A DNA stretch of 64,000 bases from Octopus bimaculoides (lineage: Eukaryota), in contig NC_068984.1 in NCBI RefSeq assembly GCF_001194135.2, positions 4,614,666-4,678,665 on the forward strand, given 5' to 3'. A model generated the notes under the pieces. It was given only the letters and a program-made list of their open reading frames with translations. It did not search any database and was not told where the DNA came from. Below are positions 25,640-37,531 of this stretch, in pieces (within the stretch, counting starts at the first letter, position 1; each line of letters begins with the position of its first letter). Both the position numbers and the translations under genes were made by a program.

Positions 25640-28591
25640 GTGAGAGAAAATACACATTATTTATAACTGCATTTATACATTTCTTCTACACCTAAATAAA
25701 TCTATTAACAACATCCAACTCGGCTAAAGAGTTTCTCATTCCCCGCCACGCTTACTCTCTATCTACCCCCCCTCTCATACTATTACTTTATCTATGTCAC
25801 TCACTCTCTTTATAACACACTATTCCATTCACCTCCCCTTTCTCTCTTATACAATCTTTCACTCTGTTTATCTCTTATACCACCACTCTCTTTATACAAT
25901 TACTCTCTTTTTCTCTCTTATACGATCATTCACTCTCTTAATACAATTACTCTCTCTGTTTTCATTTCCTCTCTTTGATAATTGTGTTGCCACTGACTGA
26001 CAATAAAAACCTAGTTTCTTTTTCGTTCGTTGAAGTCAAGAGAGAAAATTTATTTATATTTATCCCTTGTTGACATTTTCCTGATGAGATTGTTTTATTT
26101 TCCTCTCCCTGACTTCATTCAAGTTTTACGATATTGTCATAACAAATTATGACGGGTGTTTATATATAAGAGAGACAAATGTATGTGTGTTAGTATTTAA
26201 GCTCAGTGGTCAATCCTGGTAGAGCAGACAGACCTGTAAGAATTTCCACCCATGACAATCCCATTTTAATAAAATCTTTTATCTATGACTACACTATTCC
26301 GGGTGTCCTCCCTTTTTTAAAGACGATAGGGTGTGGTTTGGGAAATATTTTAGCCGCTATTTCTAGCAGATAGATCGACCTGTCTTGCTTTGGTGTTTTA
26401 GTTTTTGTTGTTGTTTAGCCCTCGGTCTATCGTAGTCGAGCCAACCTCCGTTCAAAAGCATTGCAACTATGACCATCTCTTATTTTTCCTTTATGCAGAC
26501 AACCTAGTACGGTTTTATACAACGTGTTCTTTTCTAAGACAGTAATCCATGATTTAAGGGAAATTTAGTTGCTATCTTTAGCAGGACAAACGACCAGGTG
26601 TAGCTTGTGTGATTAGCTCGTATTGGTGTGGTAGTGGTTACCTTTACCATTTACTGTTGGAACATGTGTTAAGTTCAGGTATCTCAGGATGATATACACC
26701 ATGGGAGTGGGCAGTCTACGTGTTCTCTTGGCCTGATAGAAACGGTAATGAATTCTCCCTCAACTCAGATCTTTACCGCCCAGGAAAAGGCATGACACAT
26801 TGTATATAATGTAGTCCTAGATGGATTGTGTCTAAAAAACGAAAATAAAGAATACTAATAGCAGGAATTCTTTTAGTGAGAAGTCCTTGAATCGAAGCTG
26901 ACCTAGGGCTGAAAAACTACCCTCTGTTTATCATAAAATAAACACACCACACACAAAGGCCTTGGGTCATGTGTAATCTGTGTCGAACAAATTAATAATA
27001 ATTATTATAATAATAAACAAACATGTCAGAGGAAAGAAATAAGGATGAAATTATTTCTGGTATACTTCTCTCTTTGTAATAAATCATCGTTTATTTGAGT
27101 GCAATTATTTATGATCGAATGTTTACTGTCTCCATTTTTAACTCCAGCACTTGTTACTCTCAAATAATACCCCAAATGTATCTATTTCTGATCGATACAT
27201 TCACTTCTTAGTGTGTATGTATATGTATTTATTAGAAGACAAATACTACGAACACGCCACAAATATATATTTATATAAGCTAGGTAGATAATCCAGTTGA
27301 CTTTATTAATACTACTAATATATGTCTGTTTAATAAATGGGTAGTAATTAAAATGTCATGTACCACCACCACTAACCAACCTAGTGTTCCTGCCAACATG
27401 AGCCGACTAGCTTTACCATTTAATATCAGAGAACAACTGTGACTACTGGCTTTCCAAGACAAACCTTCGTCTTCCTCATCTCTCTCATCAGTTCCACTGA
27501 TGTAGTTTACTTTGTTATTGTTTTTCTTCTCTTTTTATCCTCTCTTATCCACACCGTCTTCATCTTTCCATTAACACGCATTTACACCCCACCTCCATCA
27601 CGATGTATATATCTAGTATTTATCTATGTATGTATGTATGTATAGATCTATCCATCCCTCTATCTATCTATCTAACTGCTCCCTAAAAAGAACTTACCAA
27701 AAAACAAAAAGCAAAAAAATAAAATTAAATTAAAAATAGAGAAAGGACACCCTATCAATTTATTCTACAACCTCAGCGGGGAAAAAACCCCGGTTCGTTT
27801 TATATCTAAAAAGAAAAAAATGTAAGAAACACCAGAAAAAAATCCCCAGCACAAAACAAAAACAAAACAACGCTGTTCTTTTAATGTTATCATTGGTTCT
27901 TCAGACATCACCTTTTTGCACACACTTATGTAGATACCATTCTTCTTGTTAATGTTCGTGTAACCTCAGGTCAAGCTTGTTCCAGTTGGCCATTTCATAC
28001 AGATATGTTACTGTCATCATGTCACGAACTGCTCATCCTGGTCGTGATAAGAGTCATATTATATTACGATTAATCACGCTCAAATGTCGGACTAAATGCA
28101 TGGTGGTCCTTTACGTTGTGAGTTCAAATTCGTCCGAAGTCGATGAATTTGCCTTTCATCCTTTCAGACTCGATAAAATAACAGCCAGTTAAGCGCTGGG
28201 GCTGATGTAATCGAATGAAGCACTCCCCTAAAATTTCTAGCTTTGTACCAAAAGAATTGAAACCATTGATGGTACTAATAAAGTCAATCACCACGAATAT
28301 AATTCCAATCGAATCTAACCGTTCGATACTCGTCATTTTCTTCTGTTAGTTTTTTTTAATAACGATATGAAATCGCAAATTACGGTAGCATATATATAAG
28401 ATATTATGAACGTTTGGGCTGTTATTTTTAAAAGTTTTAGTGACCACATGGCGGCCTTTCCTCGTTGTCTCGATCATATCGATTCTGTTGTATAGCCCCC
28501 AGGTCAACCCCGATCGAGTTGATTTACGATTAATGTGACCAAACCGTGACCAACCTATCTCTTTTTAGACTCAGTATATCTACGAACACGT

Positions 28592-28639
<48 letters not shown>

Positions 28640-29000
28640 CAAACGAGGTTGATTTGGTTGTTATAACTAGCATGTCAAGCGACCACCTGTGTCGTTGTGG
28701 TGATGACATTGAAATAGTGGTAGTTGTGCAACAGCTGCTCTTTCAGACATCCCAGTTGCTGTTTGTTAGGGCTGTGCGCGCGCGTGCGGGGCAATTAACG
28801 CACACTCACACACACGCAGTTGATTAATATTCAATGACTTTCTCTGTGTGTGTGCGTGTGTGTCGCGTGGTTCATCATAATCTTTGTAGGCTCGAGGATG
28901 AAACCAGCACAAGATTACACACATATATGCACTGTACACATTAGTTGGTATGCGCGTGTCTTTATAGGTAATACACATTCATAAAATGCTTATATGTGTA

Positions 29001-29232
29001 TCATCATCATCGTCATTTAACGTCCGCTTTCCATGCTAGCATGGGTTGGACGATTTGACAGGGGACTGGCGAACCAGATGGCTACACCAGACTCCAATCT
29101 GATCTGGCAGAGTTTCTACAGTTGGATGCCCTTCCTAACACCAACCACTCCGAGAGTGTAGTGGGTGCTTTTTATGTGCCACCGGCATGAGGGCCAGACC
29201 AGCAGTACTGGCAACGGCCATGCTCAAATGGT
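29001..29232 (-). mobile_element. (GAT)n-tailed retroposon, family B; CpG-intact copy
   Basis: The minus strand reads ...aaaagcacccactacactctcggagtggttggtgttaggaagggcatcc...ccaacccatgctagcatggaaagcggacgttaaatgacgatgatg. About 30 copies or fragments occur in both orientations (e.g. 1600-1780, 7890-8070, 10105-10480, 11440-11655, 16450-16665, 19825-20040, 33022-33300, 37560-37775, 38320-38705, 40285-40715, 49200-49495, 55790-56330, 56380-56765, 58290-58505, 61440-61725; boundaries approximate). Confidence 0.85.
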
Positions 29233-29708
29233 ACACACACACACACACACACACATTAACCTGTCATCATCTGGCATAAAAATACCTTCCTCAGTTGAGA
29301 AATCTTGCAAGTTAGTTGGTGATCTTACTCATGCTGGTGTCACATAAAAAGCATCCTATACATTCTGTCAATTGGTTGGCATATGGAAGGGCAGTCACAA
29401 AAACTGTGCCAAAGCAGATAAAGTTTGGTGCAGTCTTCTGGCTCATCAGCTCCTTGTTCAACCCATGCCAGCATAGAAAATGGACCTTAAATGGTAGTGA
29501 TTAGTCACATAGACGCACACATTATATATCAAAGTTGACAGTCTATACTGTGTTTCAGCCTTAACTGGGCTGTCCACAACTGTGGAGACAAGATATCAAG
29601 TTTTGTTCAAGGTAGGCGTGTCCACTTTACCCAGCCTATTGATTCTCTACCAGATTATGCTTGCTCTGTAAAATTTAATATTGCTATACCTTACTACTGC
29701 TACATGAC

Positions 29709-30131
29709 TGTAGTAAAGATTGTTTGCCAACATAACATGGCAGTCCTTGTTTAGGACAGATGTTGCTGTAATTTAGCCCCAGGAGACATCGTCTCCAGCT
29801 GGCTATACAATACAATCTGTGTCCTTGTATTTTCGAACAAGGGAATCTAACACCCCCGCTCAGCTCCAAACAATATCTGTGTATCATGATTTCCAGGTTA
29901 TTTCCCTTCATCAGCACAGAATAATTGTTCGGCTAAAGGTGGTGCTGTCAAATTCCTGTTCGAAATATATAGTTTTCAAAATGACAACTAGTCACTGATC
30001 TATAAATTAGGGGCTAATTTACAGCAACATTTGTCCTAAACCAGGACTGCCATGTTATGTTGGCAAACAATCTTTACTACAAAGTACTGTTGCTGAATAT
30101 CTCTCGTGAGATTTAAAAATAGTAATTTTCT
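29709..30131 (-). mobile_element. Non-autonomous Penelope-like element with inverted arms and intact hammerhead core (same family as 2737-3368)
   Basis: tgtagtaaagattgtttgccaacataacatggcagtcc at the left end is repeated in inverted form at ~30009-30080. gctac at 29699-29703 and 30132-30136 is a probable TSD truncated by the gap. Confidence 0.72.
29876..29920 (-). ncRNA. Candidate type I minimal hammerhead ribozyme
   Basis: Minus strand: UCUGUG CUGAUGA AGGGAAAUAACCUG GAAA UCAUGAU A CACAGA. Stem I has 6 bp, all core nucleotides are present, stem III is the palindrome AUCAUGAU, and the cleavage triplet is AUA. Confidence 0.7.
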
Positions 30132-30136
30132 GCTAC

Positions 30137-30940
30137 NNNNNNNNNNNNNNNNNNNNNNNNNNNNNNNNNNNNNNNNNNNNNNNNNNNNNNNNNNNNNNNN
30201 NNNNNNNNNNNNNNNNNNNNNNNNNNNNNNNNNNNNNNNNNNNNNNNNNNNNNNNNNNNNNNNNNNNNNNNNNNNNNNNNNNNNNNNNNNNNNNNNNNNN
30301 NNNNNNNNNNNNNNNNNNNNNNNNNNNNNNNNNNNNNNNNNNNNNNNNNNNNNNNNNNNNNNNNNNNNNNNNNNNNNNNNNNNNNNNNNNNNNNNNNNNN
30401 NNNNNNNNNNNNNNNNNNNNNNNNNNNNNNNNNNNNNNNNNNNNNNNNNNNNNNNNNNNNNNNNNNNNNNNNNNNNNNNNNNNNNNNNNNNNNNNNNNNN
30501 NNNNNNNNNNNNNNNNNNNNNNNNNNNNNNNNNNNNNNNNNNNNNNNNNNNNNNNNNNNNNNNNNNNNNNNNNNNNNNNNNNNNNNNNNNNNNNNNNNNN
30601 NNNNNNNNNNNNNNNNNNNNNNNNNNNNNNNNNNNNNNNNNNNNNNNNNNNNNNNNNNNNNNNNNNNNNNNNNNNNNNNNNNNNNNNNNNNNNNNNNNNN
30701 NNNNNNNNNNNNNNNNNNNNNNNNNNNNNNNNNNNNNNNNNNNNNNNNNNNNNNNNNNNNNNNNNNNNNNNNNNNNNNNNNNNNNNNNNNNNNNNNNNNN
30801 NNNNNNNNNNNNNNNNNNNNNNNNNNNNNNNNNNNNNNNNNNNNNNNNNNNNNNNNNNNNNNNNNNNNNNNNNNNNNNNNNNNNNNNNNNNNNNNNNNNN
30901 NNNNNNNNNNNNNNNNNNNNNNNNNNNNNNNNNNNNNNNN
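30137..30940. other. Assembly gap (N run)
   Basis: Run of n. Confidence 1.
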
Positions 30941-32481
30941 NAAATGGAAGAATGTTCCTGGAAACAATGATTGATCTGAAAGACCTGCCACGAGTGTCAC
31001 ACCTGGAAATGTGGTATTGTGCATCAAGAATTTGCCCCCCCACCCCCACCCAACTGGGTTAGACTGTTGAGAGTTCTACTACGATGTTTTGAAAAGCATT
31101 TGAAGGAGGACGTTCAGCAGAAGTGACTGGATCTGTGCAGCTCAATGAATTAGATTCTGTCACTGAGTTCTCCTCACTTGAGAGCTTCTCATCAAAAGCA
31201 ACATGGTGTTGTTCCTTCACCTGTCCTGTTTTCCAGATTTGGCACCTGTAGACTTCCATTTCTTCCTGAAGATGAAAATGGGTTGGATGGCTTGACAGGA
31301 ATTGGTAAGGCTGGGGAATGCACCCAGCCCCACTATCTCCTTTGGCATAGTTTTTATGGCTGGATGTCTTTCCTAACGCTTACCGCTTTTTATGTGTTTG
31401 AGAGAGAGAGAGAGAGGTGGTGGTGATGTGCCAGGGCATACCCTCAAGGAACAAGGAGGTGAATGCGAATGGAGGATTGGACAGGGTAAGTGAGCCGGAA
31501 GTTAATGAAAGGGGCAAAGGGGAGAGCAGAAGGAAAAAGAAAAGCAGTGAGTGGTGAAAGGTGGGTATATAAAGGAACAACAGGATAGCAATGATACAGT
31601 TTGGCAGATGGAGGACAGGAAAGAAGGAGAGAGAGAGAGAGAAAGAGAGAGAGATGACAAAGCAGTTTTGGGCTGCAGGAGTGGGGGAGGCGAGACTGTT
31701 CATGAAGAGATGTAGCTTGCTTCATTCAGATGAGATGTGCAAATTAATGTTTCATGTGGGTGGAAAATATATCATGATCATCATCACCATCAACATTTAA
31801 CGTCTGTTTTCCATGCTGGTATGGGTTGGACAGTTTGACAAGAGCTAGCAAGGTCAGGGGCCACATAGGTTCCATTGTCTGTTTTGGGTTGGTTTCTACA
31901 TCTGGATGCCCTTCCTAACACCAACCACTTTACAGAGGGCACTGGGTGCTTTTTATGTGGCACCAGTGCCGACAGGGTCACCAAGTACCTTGTAATACTA
32001 CTGTCCCTGCTTAACTGTAGGGGCCGGGGAGTAGTATTGAGTGGGGTGTGTCTTTGTACCATTTGAGAGATTTAAAGTATAAAAAAAAAGATAAGGAGTG
32101 TGAATTAGAGAGACAGACAATGAGAGGGGGATGACGGTGAAGATGTGTCAGGACATACCCTGGGGAGACGTTAGGGGTGGTGAGAATGGGTAAGGTGATA
32201 CAGTGTGTGATTTTTATTCAAAGCTGCATCTTCAAACATTGCTACTTCAAGTTTCACATGGTTGTTGTCATCAGGTGTAAACATGTTTTGCTTTCATTCT
32301 TTTACTTGTTTCAGTCATTTGACTGTGGCCATGCTGGAGCACTGCCTTTAGTTGAACGAATCGATCCCAGGACTTATTTGTTGTAAGCCTAGTACTTATT
32401 CTATCAGTCTCTTTTGCCGAACCACTAAGTTACGGGGACGTAAACACACCAACATTGGTTGGCAAACAATGGTAGGAGGAT

Positions 32482-32528
<47 letters not shown>

Positions 32529-32537
32529 TTTATATAT

Positions 32538-33020
32538 NNNNNNNNNNNNNNNNNNNNNNNNNNNNNNNNNNNNNNNNNNNNNNNNNNNNNNNNNNNNNNN
32601 NNNNNNNNNNNNNNNNNNNNNNNNNNNNNNNNNNNNNNNNNNNNNNNNNNNNNNNNNNNNNNNNNNNNNNNNNNNNNNNNNNNNNNNNNNNNNNNNNNNN
32701 NNNNNNNNNNNNNNNNNNNNNNNNNNNNNNNNNNNNNNNNNNNNNNNNNNNNNNNNNNNNNNNNNNNNNNNNNNNNNNNNNNNNNNNNNNNNNNNNNNNN
32801 NNNNNNNNNNNNNNNNNNNNNNNNNNNNNNNNNNNNNNNNNNNNNNNNNNNNNNNNNNNNNNNNNNNNNNNNNNNNNNNNNNNNNNNNNNNNNNNNNNNN
32901 NNNNNNNNNNNNNNNNNNNNNNNNNNNNNNNNNNNNNNNNNNNNNNNNNNNNNNNNNNNNNNNNNNNNNNNNNNNNNNNNNNNNNNNNNNNNNNNNNNNN
33001 NNNNNNNNNNNNNNNNNNNN
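32538..33020. other. Assembly gap (N run)
   Basis: Run of n. Confidence 1.
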
Positions 33021-34152
33021 TTTGGCAGAGTTTCTACAGCTGGATGCCCTTCCTAACGCCAACCACTCCGAGAGTGTAGTGGGTGCTTTTACGTGTCACC
33101 CGCACGAAAACGGCCACGCTCGAAAGGGTGTCTTTTATGTGCCACCCGCACAAGCCAGTCCAGGGGCACTGGCAACGATCTCACTCGAAAATCCTACGGG
33201 AGCCAGTCAGGCGGTACTGGCAACGGCCATGCTCAAAATGGTGCATCTCATGTGCCACCCGCACAAGAGCCAGTCCAGGGGCACTGGCAACGATCTTTGG
33301 CCAAAATAAACTAAAGAACACTTATATGCATGTATATGTGTGTGTGTATTTATAGTATGCTGTTTAGTTTTATTTGTTTTATGCATGAAAGCTAAAGCCA
33401 TTCTGGAGCTCTGCCTTCATAGTTCTATATCTTTTGTTGTTGTTTCTGTCCATAACCAATGTTTTGTCAGTGTGGGGCATCTCTGGGTGGAAGATCAATA
33501 AATTGGTGGCGGTTGTACTGTTTTGATCAATTTTACATGTTTCAGTCATTTAACTGTGGCCATGCTGGGGCACTGTCTTGAAGAAATTTTGTTGAATGAA
33601 TTGACCCCTGTACAATTTTTTTCTTTTAAGCTTGGTACTTATTTCATCAGTCTTTTTTGTTGAACTGCTAAGTTATGGGGGNNNNNNNNNNGACTGAACC
33701 TAGAACCACCATGCAGTTGGGAAGCAAACTTCTTCCCACACCTCCATGTCTGCACCTATTATACAAAAAGGTCTTTAAAAAAAAAAAACCCGGCAGATTA
33801 ACTGGTCTGAGAGAAGAGAGTTTGTGTGTAGGCCTTTTCAATGGTGTGTTTGAAGAGCTGAAGACAGCAAAAGTGTTTGCACAAAAACTCGCTTCCATTG
33901 TGCTTGTGTTAACCTGTCCTTGTTGGTATGGGTTGGATGGTTTCACCAGAGCTGGCACGCTGAGGAACAACACTGGGTTCCAGTCTGATATCATTTGGTT
34001 TCTACAGATAGATGTTCTTCCTAATGCCAGGCACTTATGGAATGTGCTCAGAGCTGTTATGTGGTACTGCACAGGTGCTTTTTCATGGCACTGCATGGGC
34101 ACTTTTATGTGGCACCTCACAAGTGCTTTACATCATGAAAGGGACTCATAGT

Positions 34153-34205
<53 letters not shown>

Positions 34206-35438
34206 ACATGTACATGTGTGTGTTTTTGTATGTNNNNNNNNNNACACACACACACACACACACACACACGTACATGTACATGTGTGTGTTTTTGTATGTT
34301 TGTCCTCCACCTCCACTTGACAACCAGTGTTAGTGTGTTTACATCCCTGTAACCTAGCGGTTTGGCAAGAGAGACCGATAGAATAAGTACCAATCTAAAA
34401 AAACAAAAAAAAGACAAGGCACAGGGGTCAATTAATATGACTAAAAGTCCTTTAAGGCGGTGCCCCAGCATGGCCACAGTCTAGCGACTGAAACAAGTAA
34501 TCGATATAAGAATTGTTCTTTTCTCTCCCAAAACACTGAGTCCTGTTACACACACACACACACACACGTGTGCAACCAATATCACTCTGTCTGAATGTGT
34601 GTACATAGGTATATGTATGGATGTGTATGTATGTATGTATAATTGTATGTATGTATATATATATATATAGGCGCAGAAGTGGCTGTGTGGTAAGTAGCTT
34701 GCTTACCAACCACATGGTTCCAGGTTCAATCCTACTGCGTGGCAGCTTGGGCAAGTGTATTCTACTGTAGCATTGGGCCAACCAAAGCCTTGTGAGTAGA
34801 TTTGGTAGACAGAAACTGAAAGAAGCCCATCATGTATATATATATATATATATATATATTTTTGTGTGCCTGTGTTTGTCCCCCAACATCGCTTGACAAC
34901 TGATGCTGGTGTGTTTATGTCCCCGTAACTTAGCGGTTCAGCAAAAGAGAAGAATAGAATAAGTACTAGGCTTACAAAGAATAAGTCCTGGGGTTGATTT
35001 GTTTGACTAATGGTGGTGCTCCAGCATGACCATGGTCAAATCAGTGAAACAAATAACAGAATAAAAGAAAGAATGTGTGTGTGTATAAACGTCTGTGCAT
35101 ATATGGATGATTGTTGGGTGCTGATCAATAATCTTAGAAGCTACAATTCTCAATGTCACAAGGCTGAAAAATCAGAACATCAAAAAATTTGAAATAATGG
35201 CAACCACATTATTCTCTGCTATAATATCAAAAAAAAAAAAAAAAAAAAAAAAATCCAAGCTGAATTTTGAAATATTCTAGACAAAAAATACTAAGGAAAA
35301 CATCTATTCAAAAGAACATTTATTTACATTTTTAAAAGAAAGTTCATTTGAGAAATATGAAGTGTATTGCAGTTCTGTTATTATTGTTCCTTCAATATGA
35401 ATATATTTATATATCTTATTATATATTTATGTATATAA

Positions 35439-35808
35439 GTGAAGGTGCATGGCTCAGTGGCTAGAACGTCAAGCCTACAATAATGAGGTTGTGAGTTCAA
35501 TTCCCAGACCGGGCTGTGTGTTGTGTTCTTGAGCAAGACACTTTATTTCACGTTGCTCCAGTTCCCTCAGCTGTTGAAATGAGTTGCGATGTCACTGGTA
35601 CCAAGCTGTATCGGCCCCTTTGCCTTTCCCTTGGATAACATTGGTGGAGAGGGGAGGCTGGTATGCATGGGCAACTACTGGTCTTCCATAAAAACAACCC
35701 GAGGTTGTGCATTCACTGGTGAGGCACCTTTCCACCCAGACTTGTACCCTGGAAAGAAACTTCTTAGGTGCAACCATGGCCATTCGTGACCAATGGAGTC
35801 GAAAGATT
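35439..35808 (+). mobile_element. tRNA-derived SINE, family D
   Basis: gtgaaggtgcatggctcagtggctagaacg ... gagttcaattccc ... ttcttgagcaagacactttatttc; colinear with the reverse complement of 6113-6458. Confidence 0.8.
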
Positions 35809-36330
35809 TCTATATATAGCTTGTAGGTATAGAAACTGAAATATTTCCCTGTTTCTATACCTACGATATACTCAGAATTTTGATACAAGATTACTGTATT
35901 TTCAACTTGTTTCACCATATTTATCATTTTAAATTCAATTTTTTTAACTGCATTTATCTTTTACTCATAACCAAAATCTCGCAACAGAAATTACAAACAG
36001 TTGAGATTTTATTATAAATAATTTACATTATTTACATTATTTACATTTGATGGATTTATTCTCCCTCTTTAAATTCTGCATTCAATTCCTTCCAAGGTCG
36101 ATTTTACTTTTCATCCTTCTGGGGTTGATAAAAATATAGTACCAGTTAAGCGCTGGGGTCAATGCTATCAAGACTTGTGCCTTAATTCTAGACAGTTATT
36201 TCACACATTCAATATCCTTAGTTTTTGGCTTTGTAGTGTTTGTTCTTTTGGCATTTTGAGATTATGGTCCAAACTCTCTTTGTCCATGTATACATGTCTG
36301 TATTTTTATGGGTGCTTTAAAAGCCCTTAG

Positions 36331-36730
36331 GTGAAGGAGTGGCTGTGGTAAGTGGCTTGCTTACCAACCACATGGTTCAGGGTTCAGTCCCACTGTGTGG
36401 CATCTTGGGCAAGTGTCTTCTACTATAGCCTCGGGCCGACCAAAGCCTTGTGAGTGGATTTGGTAGACGGAAACTGAAAGAAGCCTGTCGTATATATGTA
36501 TATATATATATGCATGTGTGTTTGTGTGTTTGTGTTTGTCGCCCCACCATCGCTTGACAACTGATGCTGGTGTGTTTACGTCCCCGTAACTTAGCGGTTC
36601 GGCTAAAAGAGACCGATAGAATAAGTACTCGGCTTACAAAGAATAAGTCCTGGGGTCGATTTGCTCGACTAAAGGCGGTGCTCCAGCATGGCCACGGTCA
36701 AATGACTGAAACAAGTAAAAGAGTAAAGAG
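36331..36730 (+). mobile_element. tRNA-derived SINE, family A; best-preserved copy
   Basis: Head ggagtggctgtggtaag...ggttcagtccc, body, internal (TA)n/(TG)n, tail gactgaaacaagtaaaagagtaaag. More than 20 copies or fragments occur (e.g. 1-248 -, 6946-7225, 8630-8870 -, 17375-17680, 20225-20460, 32290-32490 -, 34670-35070, 44958-45350, 47785-48150 -, 52478-52800, 58530-58895 -, 61770-61930 -; boundaries approximate). Confidence 0.88.
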
Positions 36731-37493
36731 CAAGACCACAATAACCAGCATTTGTTGATGTGGAGTGGGAGGGTGCCGGTCTCTGTAGTCTGGTTGTCTT
36801 TAAGAAAACTAGGGATAGCGGAATGGTTTGTAAGAGCTGAGTGAGCCATGTACAGAGATGCTGTTAGCAAGGTGTGAGCTAGCAATAAGTTCAACAAGGA
36901 ATTCAGTGTGCAGGGAAGTGTCTGTCAAGGCTTCATTTTCAGGTCCTTCTTCTTGATATATCACCAGACAATAACAGACTAGTTTAAGACCAATCATCTG
37001 AAGGAGCAATTGTATGCCAATATTTTTTTTATCACTGTTTCAAACATTTAGAGAAGACATTCAGGTGAAATCAAGGTTGTGACCACCAGTGCTGGTGACA
37101 CGCGAAAGGCTATTAGTTACAAGCCTCTCTCTCTGATCTCATATATCAGCAAAGACATGGAACTCATTGTCAGATGGAAGTTGATACATGTTTCTAGAAG
37201 AGACTGGCTTGCTCATTGACATGCAGCACAGTTGCCATCGAGGAAGGAGCAGCTTCATACAGTTTCTACATTATGACTTGGTACTCAATCAACAGCCTTG
37301 TGACATTGAGATTTGTAGCTTCTAAGATTATTGATCAGCACCCAACAATCATCCATATATGTACATACGTTTATACACACACACACACACACACATATAT
37401 ATACATACATACACAGCCACCTATGTACACACATTCACACAGAATGATATTGGTAGAACATTGCAATAGAAACTTACATGAACACATGTATGC

Positions 37494-37531
<38 letters not shown>

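Noticed and set aside
30036-31062. Long ORFs of 300+ aa (also 32430-33079, 39177-39847, 50248-51054)
   Set aside because: Artefacts of translating through N gaps.
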